A stretch of DNA of 64,000 bases from a virus. The DNA lies in IMG/VR virus record IMGVR_UViG_3300041405_000166, positions 26,792 through 90,791 of that record; one strand, 5' to 3'. Position 1 is the first letter of the stretch, and every line of letters starts with the position of its first letter. Position numbers and translations under genes: made by a program. The notes beneath the pieces were generated by a model that was given only the letters and a program-made list of their open reading frames with translations, did no database searches and was not told the origin of the DNA. Shown here piece after piece: positions 19,110-28,219 of this stretch.

Positions 19110-19597
19110 TCACCTTCGAGCGCATGCGCACCGCCATGGTGTTGTGCCTGATGCTGGCCTTGGCCGTGCTGTGCAACCTGGCGCCAGATGAATCAAAGCC
19201 TTGGCATATCGCTCAGCTGCTCATGGTCGGCGGCGTGTACATCGCTCGCGACTACCTGCAAACGCTGATCGGTGATTACCTGGTGCTGATCCCCATGGGG
19301 TTGCTGGTGCTGATCATCTGGTCGGCCTCGGAAAACCCTTATGCCTCCTCGAGCGGCTTCCTTATCGGGTTGACGTTTGGCTGGGCCATATTCTCGCAGT
19401 CGCATCAAACGTCTGTGCTTAAACGGATGCTTTCATCCGTGCTGGTGGCTTGTGCGGTCGATAGCGGGATCTACCTATCCGCAATCGGGCGAATGGATGG
19501 ATTCGTTTCTGATACGGCCATGAAGGTCGTGCCATTAGCATTGTTGTATACCGTAGTGAGGACACGACAGTGCCTGAAGACCAACAAGAGACTGTAG
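19106..19597 (+). CDS. multi-pass membrane protein
   Basis: About 6 hydrophobic segments; ATGA overlap with the upstream gene. Confidence 0.6.
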   Translation: MITFERMRTAMVLCLMLALAVLCNLAPDESKPWHIAQLLMVGGVYIARDYLQTLIGDYLVLIPMGLLVLIIWSASENPYASSSGFLIGLTFGWAIFSQSHQTSVLKRMLSSVLVACAVDSGIYLSAIGRMDGFVSDTAMKVVPLALLYTVVRTRQCLKTNKRL

Positions 19598-19944
19598 GAC
19601 ATCCCGAGAGCGACATTGAGTCGTTACGTCGTGAAGTCGTCAACAACTCAAACCTGATCAAGGAAGTGGTACATCTTCATCGCCGTTTGACGGACAACTT
19701 TCAGGAAATGGTGAGGCTGGATACCAAGGTATCCGACGTTACTGAGTCGATCGTCGAGATGCAGCAGTTGCTGAGTCGTCAGCAGACGATGCTCGACATC
19801 CTGATGACCTGGCACAACAACCAGAAAGCCGTGCGCAGCGCGCTGGGCTGGCTGATCGACAAAGCCCCAACGCTGGCCGCGGTCGCGGTCTTTATGTTCT
19901 GGGTGCTTGACCAATGGCAGAACAAAAAGGGCGGTGGCAGCTGA
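19570..19944 (+). CDS. coiled-coil protein with C-terminal TM (holin/antiholin-associated)
   Basis: Located in the lysis cassette. Confidence 0.55.
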   Translation: MPEDQQETVGHPESDIESLRREVVNNSNLIKEVVHLHRRLTDNFQEMVRLDTKVSDVTESIVEMQQLLSRQQTMLDILMTWHNNQKAVRSALGWLIDKAPTLAAVAVFMFWVLDQWQNKKGGGS

Positions 19945-20180
19945 TGAAAATTATCCCCGAGTGGCGTGAAGCCTGGCGCTTTACCAGTGTGCAGGCGCTG
20001 TTGTTGTTGCAGTTTTTGCCGGAGCTGATCAGCACCTTTATCGACTATGCGCCGGAGACCATGGACCTGACGATTTACCGTGTGGCCCTGGCCATTGCGT
20101 TGATCGCCAGGTTCATCTATCAGCCAAAAGCCCGCGAAGCCACTGCGAGTGATGATGATGCCGCCAATCAAGAAGGGTAA
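19944..20180 (+). CDS. putative holin
   Basis: MKIIPEWREAWRFTSVQ..., two TM segments ending ARFIYQP; immediately before the endolysin. Confidence 0.7.
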   Translation: MKIIPEWREAWRFTSVQALLLLQFLPELISTFIDYAPETMDLTIYRVALAIALIARFIYQPKAREATASDDDAANQEG

Positions 20181-20697
20181 CCGTAAGTCGTGGCTCAGCG
20201 GTGCGGTGCTAGCGCTGGTGGCCGCGGGTGCCAGTGCTCCGGCGATCCTCGATCAGCTGACCATGGAGCGTGAAAGCGGTGGCCGGTATGAGCTCAAGGC
20301 GTATCAGGATGGCGCCAGGGTCTGGACCGTATGCGACGGCAAAACCGCTGGCGTCACGGCCACCACCACCATGACCAAAGAACAGTGCGACGCCTGGCGC
20401 GAATCTGAGATCGGACGGCGTCTGACGTTCGCGCACAACACCATCAGAGTACCGATGAGTGAGCCGGCCTGGGCCGCGTTTGGGCGGTTCTGCTACAACA
20501 TCGGTAACACCGGCTGCGCTGGTTCGAACACCGCCAAGCTAATCAACCAGGGCCGTCATGCTGAGGGCTGCAAGGCCATGCTCAACTGGCGCTACATCAC
20601 GCGCGATGGCAAGAAGGTTGATTGCTCGACTGAGCAGCCATGGTGCAAAGGCTTGTGGGAAGACCGCCAGGCCACCGCCGAGCTGTGCTTGCTGTGA
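20152..20697 (+). CDS. SAR endolysin (GH24 lysozyme)
   Basis: Gly/Ala-rich N-terminal SAR segment; E...AYQD...WTVC.G.T triad; YNIG. Confidence 0.9.
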   Translation: MMMPPIKKGNRKSWLSGAVLALVAAGASAPAILDQLTMERESGGRYELKAYQDGARVWTVCDGKTAGVTATTTMTKEQCDAWRESEIGRRLTFAHNTIRVPMSEPAWAAFGRFCYNIGNTGCAGSNTAKLINQGRHAEGCKAMLNWRYITRDGKKVDCSTEQPWCKGLWEDRQATAELCLL

Positions 20698-21203
20698 GCG
20701 CCTTGTTCAAGCTGGTGCCAATCTGGGTGTGGGTTGCCGTCGCCGCTGCGGTTGGCTTGTTCGTGCAGCACTCGATGCTAAGTGCTGTCCAGGCTGAACG
20801 TGATCGGTTTGAGGACCAGGCGAGCCAGGCACAGGCTCGAGTGACCTCGTTGCAGTCCACGGCCAAGTTGCAACGCCAGCTCACTGCCGATACGGAAAAG
20901 CGGGCCAACGATTACGATGGGGAATTGAAGAATGCCAATGCCGAACGCGACACACTGGTTGCTGGCCTCGATGCTGCTACTCACAGCCTGCAAGTCAGGG
21001 CCCATTGGGTGCCTGCCGCCAGAAAGTCAGGCGCCAATGTCAGCGCCACCGACGAACCTGATGGCGGATCCTGCCGACTTGATGCCTCTGCTGAACAAGC
21101 TTATCCAAGTCTCGAAGCCGGAATCAAAACCCAGCGGGCCCAAATAATCGGCCTGCAGGGTTACGTGCGCGATCTGCTCAAAGCCTGCAAAATCGGTCCG
21201 TGA
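20694..21203 (+). CDS. Rz-like inner spanin
   Basis: N-terminal TM plus coiled coil; QIIGLQGYVR...C ending. Confidence 0.85.
   Translation: MSALFKLVPIWVWVAVAAAVGLFVQHSMLSAVQAERDRFEDQASQAQARVTSLQSTAKLQRQLTADTEKRANDYDGELKNANAERDTLVAGLDAATHSLQVRAHWVPAARKSGANVSATDEPDGGSCRLDASAEQAYPSLEAGIKTQRAQIIGLQGYVRDLLKACKIGP
20932..21147 (+). CDS. Rz1-like outer spanin lipoprotein (embedded)
   Basis: Lipobox LLTAC, Pro-rich, nested in the +1 frame of Rz. Confidence 0.8.
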   Translation: MPMPNATHWLLASMLLLTACKSGPIGCLPPESQAPMSAPPTNLMADPADLMPLLNKLIQVSKPESKPSGPK

Positions 21204-21271
21204 TGCTATAGTCCAGGTTCCTTGTGAGTGATCCGCAACGAACCCTGAGGGCATCATCATGTGAACCACAA

Positions 21272-21297
21272 CAAAAAAGGCCCCGCGGGGCCTTTTT
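21272..21297. terminator. bidirectional intrinsic terminator
   Basis: AAAAAAAGGCCCC-GC-GGGGCCTTTTT between convergent operons. Confidence 0.85.
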
Positions 21298-21313
21298 CAA
21301 TATGTGAGTGGTA

Positions 21314-21601
21314 TCAATTCAAGGCGCTGCGGATCTGCTTGGCCGGGATGAACTTCACGGCGACGGTTTCCGGGATCTCGCCCATAGTCCCCTGCTGAAT
21401 GTCATACCCCTTGCGGGCTTTTCGGTTGTATTTCTTCAAGGTGCCGACGCCGGGCAATACGGCCTTGCCGTCGGCGAGCAGGGTGTGGGCCAGGTCATTC
21501 ATCATCTCGGTGAAAATGCTGTTGGCGGCCTTTTGCGTGTAACCGCGCGAGGTCAGGCTGTAAATGCACCGGTCTCTCAAATCATTCGACATCTGCTGCA
21601 T
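21314..21601 (-). CDS. HU/IHF-family DNA-binding protein
   Basis: LPGVGTLK...RKARKGY....G....IP....VKF.P.K. Confidence 0.85.
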   Translation of the reverse strand: MQQMSNDLRDRCIYSLTSRGYTQKAANSIFTEMMNDLAHTLLADGKAVLPGVGTLKKYNRKARKGYDIQQGTMGEIPETVAVKFIPAKQIRSALN

Positions 21602-21620
21602 CCTTTGTGCGGGTGGGTGG

Positions 21621-21962
21621 CTAGAACGGCACGTCATCATCTTTGTTCGGTGGTCGCTGTTGTGGTGGCTGTTGCGGGCGCGGTTGTTGTGGTGTTGGTC
21701 GCTGGGCTGGTGCTCGTTGTGCTTGCGGGGCTGTTGCTGGTGCCCGCATATCCTTCGGATCGAACATCGACACCAGCAACGAAGCTCGGCCATCAGGGTT
21801 AGGCACGCCGGCCGGATTGAAATAGCGATCCAGCATCAGGTATTGACCGCCCTTCCCATCATCCATCAGCGCCCCGACGTTGTGCCACCTGCTCTTTTTT
21901 TCACCCTGTGATTCATATTCTCCGACCTTGACGGCCAGGTCCTTTAATTTTGTGTGAGCCAC
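21621..21962 (-). CDS. putative single-stranded DNA-binding protein
   Basis: OB-like N-terminus, Gln/Pro linker, C-terminal DDDVPF. Confidence 0.65.
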   Translation of the reverse strand: MAHTKLKDLAVKVGEYESQGEKKSRWHNVGALMDDGKGGQYLMLDRYFNPAGVPNPDGRASLLVSMFDPKDMRAPATAPQAQRAPAQRPTPQQPRPQQPPQQRPPNKDDDVPF

Positions 21963-22069
21963 GGATTTCCCCTTGCTCTATCGAGATACCCAATTCTGCT
22001 GGCACGACTACCTGGGTACTCTTTCCATTGGCATAACGGGCGCCGACGTCCTGGCGCCCGACAACAATG

Positions 22070-23773
22070 CTACGCAGCTACCGCGGTGGAACGCTCGACG
22101 ACCTCGCCGTCCTCGATCCAGTAAGAGTTGCCCTTGCCCGTTTTGCCAAGGTCTGGGAGATCCGCGACGGATGCCAGCGACATGAACAGCAGGGTATCAA
22201 TGCCGGACTTCATCAGCATCTTGACCAGGCTGTTGCGGCCGGTGCGCATCAGGATGTCGGCCGCATCGATCACCATCACCGTGTCGCCGAGCTTCATCGC
22301 CATGGCTGTCTGGAGTACCACGCGGACAATGTATTTTTCCGCCTCTGACAGCATCAGGTAGACGCGATCGCCCAAGGTCAGTGACAGCTCGCGGTCGATC
22401 GCCACGGACGGGAAGCCTGAAGCCTTGATCAATGGCTTGACCCACTCATCGCAGAACTGGCGCACGGCGGCGTACAGGACGGTGAGGCGCAGACCATTCG
22501 GGGCCAGGATATCGACCGCCAGCTGGTTTTTCTCGATCGCGGCGTGGATCCGGTCGGCATCGTGTTTCTTCTTGAATGAGGTAAAGCGCGCCTCGGCTCC
22601 GGCCAGGTTGGCGCGAGCGCCTTCGACGTCTACCTCGTTTTTGTCTTCACCTTGAGCTTCGGCAGCGTCGTCGATATCGGAGACTTGTTTTTGCGCGGCT
22701 TTAGCCTCGTTGAGTTTCGACTGCGCGACGCTGTGCTCGCCGCCGATGGTTTGCGACAACTCGCGGGCGGTGGCGGCAGCGTTGCGGGCGTCCATGTGGG
22801 CCGTCTGCATCTCGGCGAATTTCTCCGGCGACAAGGTGTCCTCGACCTTGTGCAACTGGCCACCGCGAACGATGACCGGTTTCGCGCAGTGCGGGCAGTC
22901 CACGGTGGTCGGACGGGCCGACGGCATCGGGTTGTCGGTCACCGCCTGGTTGGCGAGGTCTTCGGCTTCGCGGGCGGCCTTCAAGCGACCGGCGATTTCA
23001 TCCAGTGCATCATGCAGCGTCGTTTCGGTGGCGGCCAGCTCTTGCAGGCGGGTGTACTCCGCAAAGTCGACGGCACTGGCGGCGATCGCCGACTCCAGCT
23101 CGGCCTTGTAGTTGTCGACGTCAGCTTGCAGCTGTTCGAGGCTGGTGCCGTCCTTGTCGAGCTCGTAATCCCAGTCGGCCGGAACATAGCTTTCGCCTTT
23201 TTTGCTGCCCCAGTTTTCACCGGTGATGTTCTTCCACTGGAATTTGTAATCCTTGCCTTTATCGCGGGCCTTGCGCTCGGATTCCTCCCAGCCAAACTCG
23301 GTGATCATGGCCCACAACTGTTCGGTGGCCTTCTCGGAAATTTCCGCCTTCTTCAGTTCGACGGCCAGGTCAGCTTTGCTCGGTACCGCTTGCAGGAAAT
23401 CGGTCAGTGCGACGCTGCGCTCGGTTGGCTCCATGTGCGCCAGGCTGATCAGGCCGGCCGCCCACTCAGTAGCGGTCGGTGGTCGCGGGCCTTCAGTGGA
23501 CACTTCGGCTTTCGGCCAGTTGATCCGCACCATGCTTTCGTTGTCGTCGGTGGCGATTTCAACAAACGCCTTGGTAGCGCCACTGCGCACCAGCAAGCCG
23601 GCCATGGCCTTGGTCATGCCTTTGAGTGGTAGCGGTCGCCCGGTCAATGCTGCGCCCACGGCCTGGGCCAGTGACGATTTACCGGCGTAGTTGTCAGCGC
23701 CGATCAGCGTCAAGCCTTTGATCTGGAAGTCGCCCCGGCGAATCCCACGGAAATTTTCGATTCTGGCTAGCAT
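22070..23773 (-). CDS. Rad50/SbcC-like ABC ATPase
   Basis: IENFRGI, Walker A G.N.AGKSS, coiled coils with central CPHC hook, LS..EK, MVIDAAD. Confidence 0.8.
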   Translation of the reverse strand: MLARIENFRGIRRGDFQIKGLTLIGADNYAGKSSLAQAVGAALTGRPLPLKGMTKAMAGLLVRSGATKAFVEIATDDNESMVRINWPKAEVSTEGPRPPTATEWAAGLISLAHMEPTERSVALTDFLQAVPSKADLAVELKKAEISEKATEQLWAMITEFGWEESERKARDKGKDYKFQWKNITGENWGSKKGESYVPADWDYELDKDGTSLEQLQADVDNYKAELESAIAASAVDFAEYTRLQELAATETTLHDALDEIAGRLKAAREAEDLANQAVTDNPMPSARPTTVDCPHCAKPVIVRGGQLHKVEDTLSPEKFAEMQTAHMDARNAAATARELSQTIGGEHSVAQSKLNEAKAAQKQVSDIDDAAEAQGEDKNEVDVEGARANLAGAEARFTSFKKKHDADRIHAAIEKNQLAVDILAPNGLRLTVLYAAVRQFCDEWVKPLIKASGFPSVAIDRELSLTLGDRVYLMLSEAEKYIVRVVLQTAMAMKLGDTVMVIDAADILMRTGRNSLVKMLMKSGIDTLLFMSLASVADLPDLGKTGKGNSYWIEDGEVVERSTAVAA

Positions 23774-23835
23774 TCAGGTGTTCCCCCGCGCCAGCCGGGC
23801 GTCATGCCCGGCGGTGCTGATGATGGATGGTGGTG

Positions 23836-24975
23836 TTAGAACGGTGAATCGTCGTCGCCTTCCGGTGCGTCTGGATCAGTGTTGGGTGTGTCGTCACCGC
23901 CGAACATCTCACCGAGTTCGTCCACTGGATCTTTCGGCGCTTGATCGCCGGTATCATCCTGCTGTTGTTCAAGGACTGGCTCAATGACCAAGGCCTCGTT
24001 TTTCTCCAGCTCTGGTTCCGGGTCCGCTGGCTTGTCGGCGGGTTTGGTTTGACGCGGTCTCCGGCCGCTGGGCGGTGCCGGATCCTTGATCGCGCCGCCA
24101 GTCGTTGCCCCAGCACTGTCAGTGCTGGTGGTTTCAGGTTTCGACTGTGTCGGTTCCTTAACCAGTGGCTGTTCGGTTTTCGCTTCGAACGCCTCGGAGG
24201 CTGAGACGTTACCGTCCTTGACCGAGTTGTAGATGCCGATCAGCAGGACGATATCGTCCGGCATGATGTCGACCAGCTTTTTGCCCAGGCGCGTTTCGAT
24301 GTGCTTTTGGGTGACGCCATACGGGGCGAACTTGGTCAGCATGCCTTTAACGCGTTCGCTGAGCGGGATACCGGCGCCGCCCTGCAGGGTCAGACGGCAA
24401 CGCTCTTCGGCAGCCTTGACGATATCGGCCGGCAGCACCGCCAAGATACGGGCACGCATACGCCGCGCGCCCATGTTGGCCCCCAGCTCGTAGATGTCAC
24501 GCTGATCAGTCAGGGCATAACCGCCAGCCTTGGTATCACGCTTGTGGTGCACGGTGAATCGCTGGGTGGTCAGGGTGTTGGTTTCCAGATCCCAGGCATA
24601 CGCCTCGAGTTCGGTCACGCCGTCCTTGTTCGACAGCTCACGCATGCCGTAGTCGATGTTGCCCCAGGCGCTGGCCAAGGCTTCCGCCAGGCGGATCGAC
24701 GGGCCGGTGACTTCTTGCCCGCCACGCTTGTAGGAGTAGAACGCCGCTTCGGCCATCCCCGGCAAGGAACACGCCTTCATGACTTTTTCCCAGGCAGCAA
24801 CCGGATCACGCGGCATGGATTTGGCGATCATCAGCTTGGCCTGGACTTCGGCGATCGCACGTTGCACCTCGATCGTCACGGTACCGGCGTTCACGCCATC
24901 AGGCAGACGGTTACCACCCGCTTGAACAGCGTAGGGGTTGACCATCTGGTTAGTTGTTGCCACGTCTTTGCTCAT
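23836..24975 (-). CDS. putative ssDNA-annealing recombinase
   Basis: GPSIRLAE.LA..WGN, AWDLETN motifs; adjacent to an exonuclease; acidic DDDSPF tail. Confidence 0.65.
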   Translation of the reverse strand: MSKDVATTNQMVNPYAVQAGGNRLPDGVNAGTVTIEVQRAIAEVQAKLMIAKSMPRDPVAAWEKVMKACSLPGMAEAAFYSYKRGGQEVTGPSIRLAEALASAWGNIDYGMRELSNKDGVTELEAYAWDLETNTLTTQRFTVHHKRDTKAGGYALTDQRDIYELGANMGARRMRARILAVLPADIVKAAEERCRLTLQGGAGIPLSERVKGMLTKFAPYGVTQKHIETRLGKKLVDIMPDDIVLLIGIYNSVKDGNVSASEAFEAKTEQPLVKEPTQSKPETTSTDSAGATTGGAIKDPAPPSGRRPRQTKPADKPADPEPELEKNEALVIEPVLEQQQDDTGDQAPKDPVDELGEMFGGDDTPNTDPDAPEGDDDSPF

Positions 24976-25832
24976 ACAGGGAAATCCTCATCTTTAGGTT
25001 TGGCGGCCTGATATTTCCAGGCGTTACAGAACTCGGTGCCGTGCGCCGGGCAATACTTGTCCGAACACAGCATGCTCATCGGGTTAGCCGGGAAGGACTG
25101 ATACAAGCGGTCGGGGTCCTGGCGAAACAGCCCAACGTCCATTTTAATGCGCTGAATCACCTGATAGGCGTCTGTCTGCGCTTGTTGCAGGGGATAGGTG
25201 GTGGTGGTTACTGGTGGTTGGTGCTTCGTTTTGCCGACTCGCGGGATCCAGTCGACATTAAGGCTGTTCACTTCGTGGCCGGCCGAGACTGCCAGTAAGG
25301 CGTATCCGCCCAGTTGCAGCCAGAACTGGCCTTCCCGTGCGCCGTACTTCTCGTCACGGATCGCGCCGTTGTGTTCCAGGATGTCGATGTGGCCGGCCAG
25401 TGTAAACCCATCGCCGATATCGGCGGATAGGGAAATCTCCACGGCCTTAGGGTCCAGCATCGCGGCCATCGGCATATAAGCCTGTACCTGGCGGCGCAGC
25501 TGAATGATGGCGGCGTTCAGGCTTGGGGTGGTGTCGTCCCAGATCACACCGTCGGTGATTTCCTCGCTGAATTTATCAACGGCGGCGTTGCAGGCGTCTT
25601 CAACGCTGCCCAGCTGACCGTTATAGATTTTGTTGGTCAGCACGACCTCAATGCCGTAGTGCGCTGACGTGCCCAAGGCCGAACCGACCGAGGCGGCGAG
25701 CTGACGCAGTTCATAGCCCGCGGCTTCGACTTCGGACTGAAACAGCTTGGCCGCTGCCCGGCGGTTGCAGTCCATATAAGCAGGTAACCCGCTGCACCTG
25801 ATGATCGTTTCTTCTCTGGCCACGTTTTGCAC
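24972..25832 (-). CDS. PD-(D/E)XK Cas4/RecB-like exonuclease
   Basis: CNRR, GT..H, LAGHID, D.K.G, QL.GY, C..KYCP....C. Confidence 0.8.
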   Translation of the reverse strand: MQNVAREETIIRCSGLPAYMDCNRRAAAKLFQSEVEAAGYELRQLAASVGSALGTSAHYGIEVVLTNKIYNGQLGSVEDACNAAVDKFSEEITDGVIWDDTTPSLNAAIIQLRRQVQAYMPMAAMLDPKAVEISLSADIGDGFTLAGHIDILEHNGAIRDEKYGAREGQFWLQLGGYALLAVSAGHEVNSLNVDWIPRVGKTKHQPPVTTTTYPLQQAQTDAYQVIQRIKMDVGLFRQDPDRLYQSFPANPMSMLCSDKYCPAHGTEFCNAWKYQAAKPKDEDFPV

Positions 25833-25862
25833 CCATAATTCAAATTAGTCCCGACTGGCGCA

Positions 25863-25945
25863 GATTATGGCGAACAGCTTTACACCTTGCAAGCTAGTTT
25901 TTTGATGTTAGCGTTTGCAAATTGTAAATCTGTTGGCCCATAATC
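25863..25945. promoter_or_regulatory. twin divergent sigma70-type promoters
   Basis: Leftward TTGCAA-17-CATAAT and rightward TTGCAA-18-CATAAT with near-identical spacers. Confidence 0.75.
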
Positions 25946-25994
25946 GTTAAACCATGGTGCCACCGGCATCAGGGTAAATACTGGAAAAGACAAG

Positions 25995-26309
25995 GTGAAA
26001 ATCATGAACTTGGCATCTGATCTACTGCAAAAGGTGGACAGCGCAGGATTCCCTGTAAAGGAAGTTTGTGTGCTGGCCGGTGTATCTCCGTCGACGATCG
26101 CTGTATTGCGTCGGCAAAAAACTGGGTGCAGTCAACGCACCTATGACCTGATGATCGGCGCGCTGATCAAAATGGTGCAACAACGTAACCAGAACATGAT
26201 CGAAGCGCATCTGGTGCAGTTGGACCTGATCAACTCCGCTGATACGGAGGAATCGCTTGCTCGCAATAAAGAGCGTGATGCTGAGGGGGAACAGGGGCAC
26301 CACGCATGA
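25995..26309 (+). CDS. Cro-like HTH regulator
   Basis: VKEVCVLAGVSPSTIAVLR helix-turn-helix; first gene after the divergent promoters. Confidence 0.65.
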   Translation: MKIMNLASDLLQKVDSAGFPVKEVCVLAGVSPSTIAVLRRQKTGCSQRTYDLMIGALIKMVQQRNQNMIEAHLVQLDLINSADTEESLARNKERDAEGEQGHHA

Positions 26310-27778
26310 GTTCGATTCAGCTCAGGCCGTACCAGGCTGCCGGGGTTGAAGCGATCCGCGCTTCGTTCAAGGCAAAAAATCGGGCAGTGCTGTATGTGTT
26401 GCCCACCGGCGGCGGGAAAACTTTCACGTTCAGTTACGTGGCAGATGGAGCGACCAAGAAGCAAAACAAGGTTCTGATCCTGGTCCACCGTAAAGAGCTG
26501 TTGATGCAGGCATCGATGTCGTTGGCGAAGATGGGGCTCAAACATTGCCTGATCGCCCAGACCGAGCATATCCGCGAGATCCAGCACCAGCAGCTCAGTG
26601 AGCTGGGTCGGTTGTACTTGAGCGAGACGGCGAAAATCGCGATCGCCAGCGTAGGGACTTTGGTCAATCGGCTGTCGACCACCTGGTCGCCTGATCTGAT
26701 CATCCCGGACGAAGCGCACCACTGTCAGAAGGATAACACCTGGGGCAAGATCCTCGGCTTCTATGATCAGGCGCGCATCCTTGGCGTGACCGCGACACCA
26801 ATCCGCTCTGATGGTAAGGGTATGGGCGTCGACTTCGGTGGCCTGTTCAATGACCTGGTGGTTGGGCCGTCCATGAGCGAGTTGATCGCGCTGGGCTATC
26901 TGTTGCCGTCGACCGTGTACGCACCGCCGACCGCCTTGGATCTGACCGGAGTGCGTTACGGCAGCGGCGGCAAGGACTTCATTCAAAAGGAGTTGGTAGA
27001 AGCGGTGGACAAGCCCGTGATCACCGGCTCTGCGGTCAAGCACTATGGCAAGTTGTGCCCGGGCCTTCAGGCGCTGGCGTTCTGCGTCTCGGTCTCGCAC
27101 GCCGAGCACGTCGCGGCCGACTTCCGTGCCGCCGGCTGGAAATTCCAGTCGATCGACGGGACCATGCACAGTGCCCAGCGCCGCTCGTTGATTCACGGTC
27201 TGACCACTGGGCGCCTGGATGGCTTGAGCAGCTGCGACATCGTTTCCGAAGGTACGGACATTCCGGTAGTGGGTTGCGGGATTCTGCTGCGGCCAACACA
27301 GAGTACTGGTCTGCATATGCAGCAAGTTGGGCGGATCCTTCGACCGTTTGAAGGTCAGGACCGGGCGATCGTGCTGGACCACGTTGGCAACTGCGCCAAG
27401 CATGGCTTGCCCGAAGAGGACCGCGAGTGGTCCTTGAGCGGTGAAGTGAAACGCGGCGGCAAGAAAAACGAAGTGAATATCCGTGTGCTGCAATGCGATA
27501 CCTGCTGGGTTACCTTTGCCCCCGCACCGCAATGCCCGAACTGCGGAACGGCGGTAGAATTCAAGGGTCGTGTGGTCGATGAGGTTGACGGTGAGCTGCA
27601 GCGGGTCGAGGCCGAGCAGGCGATGCAGATGAAGCGCAATCGGGCCTTTGAGCAGAGTCAGGCCAAAACACTCGAGGAGCTGGTCGAGCTGGCCAAGTCG
27701 AAACGCTACAAGAATCCGCACGCGTGGGCCCGGCACATTCTTCACGGGCGCAAAGCAAAACAGGGTGCTAGGGCATGA
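26306..27778 (+). CDS. superfamily 2 (DEAH) helicase with C-terminal Zn ribbon
   Basis: LRPYQ, PTGGGKT, DEAHH, TATP, QQVGRILR, CxxC..CPNC. Confidence 0.92.
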   Translation: MSSIQLRPYQAAGVEAIRASFKAKNRAVLYVLPTGGGKTFTFSYVADGATKKQNKVLILVHRKELLMQASMSLAKMGLKHCLIAQTEHIREIQHQQLSELGRLYLSETAKIAIASVGTLVNRLSTTWSPDLIIPDEAHHCQKDNTWGKILGFYDQARILGVTATPIRSDGKGMGVDFGGLFNDLVVGPSMSELIALGYLLPSTVYAPPTALDLTGVRYGSGGKDFIQKELVEAVDKPVITGSAVKHYGKLCPGLQALAFCVSVSHAEHVAADFRAAGWKFQSIDGTMHSAQRRSLIHGLTTGRLDGLSSCDIVSEGTDIPVVGCGILLRPTQSTGLHMQQVGRILRPFEGQDRAIVLDHVGNCAKHGLPEEDREWSLSGEVKRGGKKNEVNIRVLQCDTCWVTFAPAPQCPNCGTAVEFKGRVVDEVDGELQRVEAEQAMQMKRNRAFEQSQAKTLEELVELAKSKRYKNPHAWARHILHGRKAKQGARA

Positions 27779-28215
27779 GTGAAATTAACGTCGTAAAAGC
27801 CATCATGCTGCACTGCTCGCAGGGGGCGTCGAGGCTGTTCAAGTTGACCACCGGCCAGGGCTGGGTCGGCAATTTCAAACGGGTGAAAGGCATGTTGGTG
27901 GCGACGGACTTCCGTCCGCTGCGTGCGGGCCTGGTGAAGTCGGACAACGAGCTGGTGGATGGCGCCAGCGACCTGAATGGCTGGACCACCATCACCATGA
28001 CGCCGGAGTGGGCCGAACGGCTGATGGGCAAGAAGATCGCCATTTACACGGTGATCGAAGTGAAGGACCTGAAGGGCTCTGCGCAGAAGAACCAGAAGTC
28101 ATTCGTGGCCCGGTTGCGCTTGTTCGGTGCCATTGCCGGTTTCGCCAAAACTCCCGAGCAGGCTCAGGCCGTCATTGACGCCTGGCCATACGACGACCAA
28201 CAACAAGGGAAGTAG
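27775..28215 (+). CDS. VRR-NUC-like nuclease
   Basis: GASDL.G...IEVK...G....Q..F. Confidence 0.75.
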   Translation: MSEINVVKAIMLHCSQGASRLFKLTTGQGWVGNFKRVKGMLVATDFRPLRAGLVKSDNELVDGASDLNGWTTITMTPEWAERLMGKKIAIYTVIEVKDLKGSAQKNQKSFVARLRLFGAIAGFAKTPEQAQAVIDAWPYDDQQQGK

Positions 28216-28219
28216 CGTC

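Noticed and set aside
24972-25832. Cas4-like nuclease as evidence of CRISPR-Cas
   Set aside because: No repeat-spacer array or other cas genes seen; the context is a phage recombination operon
26141-27745. 534-aa - strand ORF
   Set aside because: Shadow of the SF2 helicase
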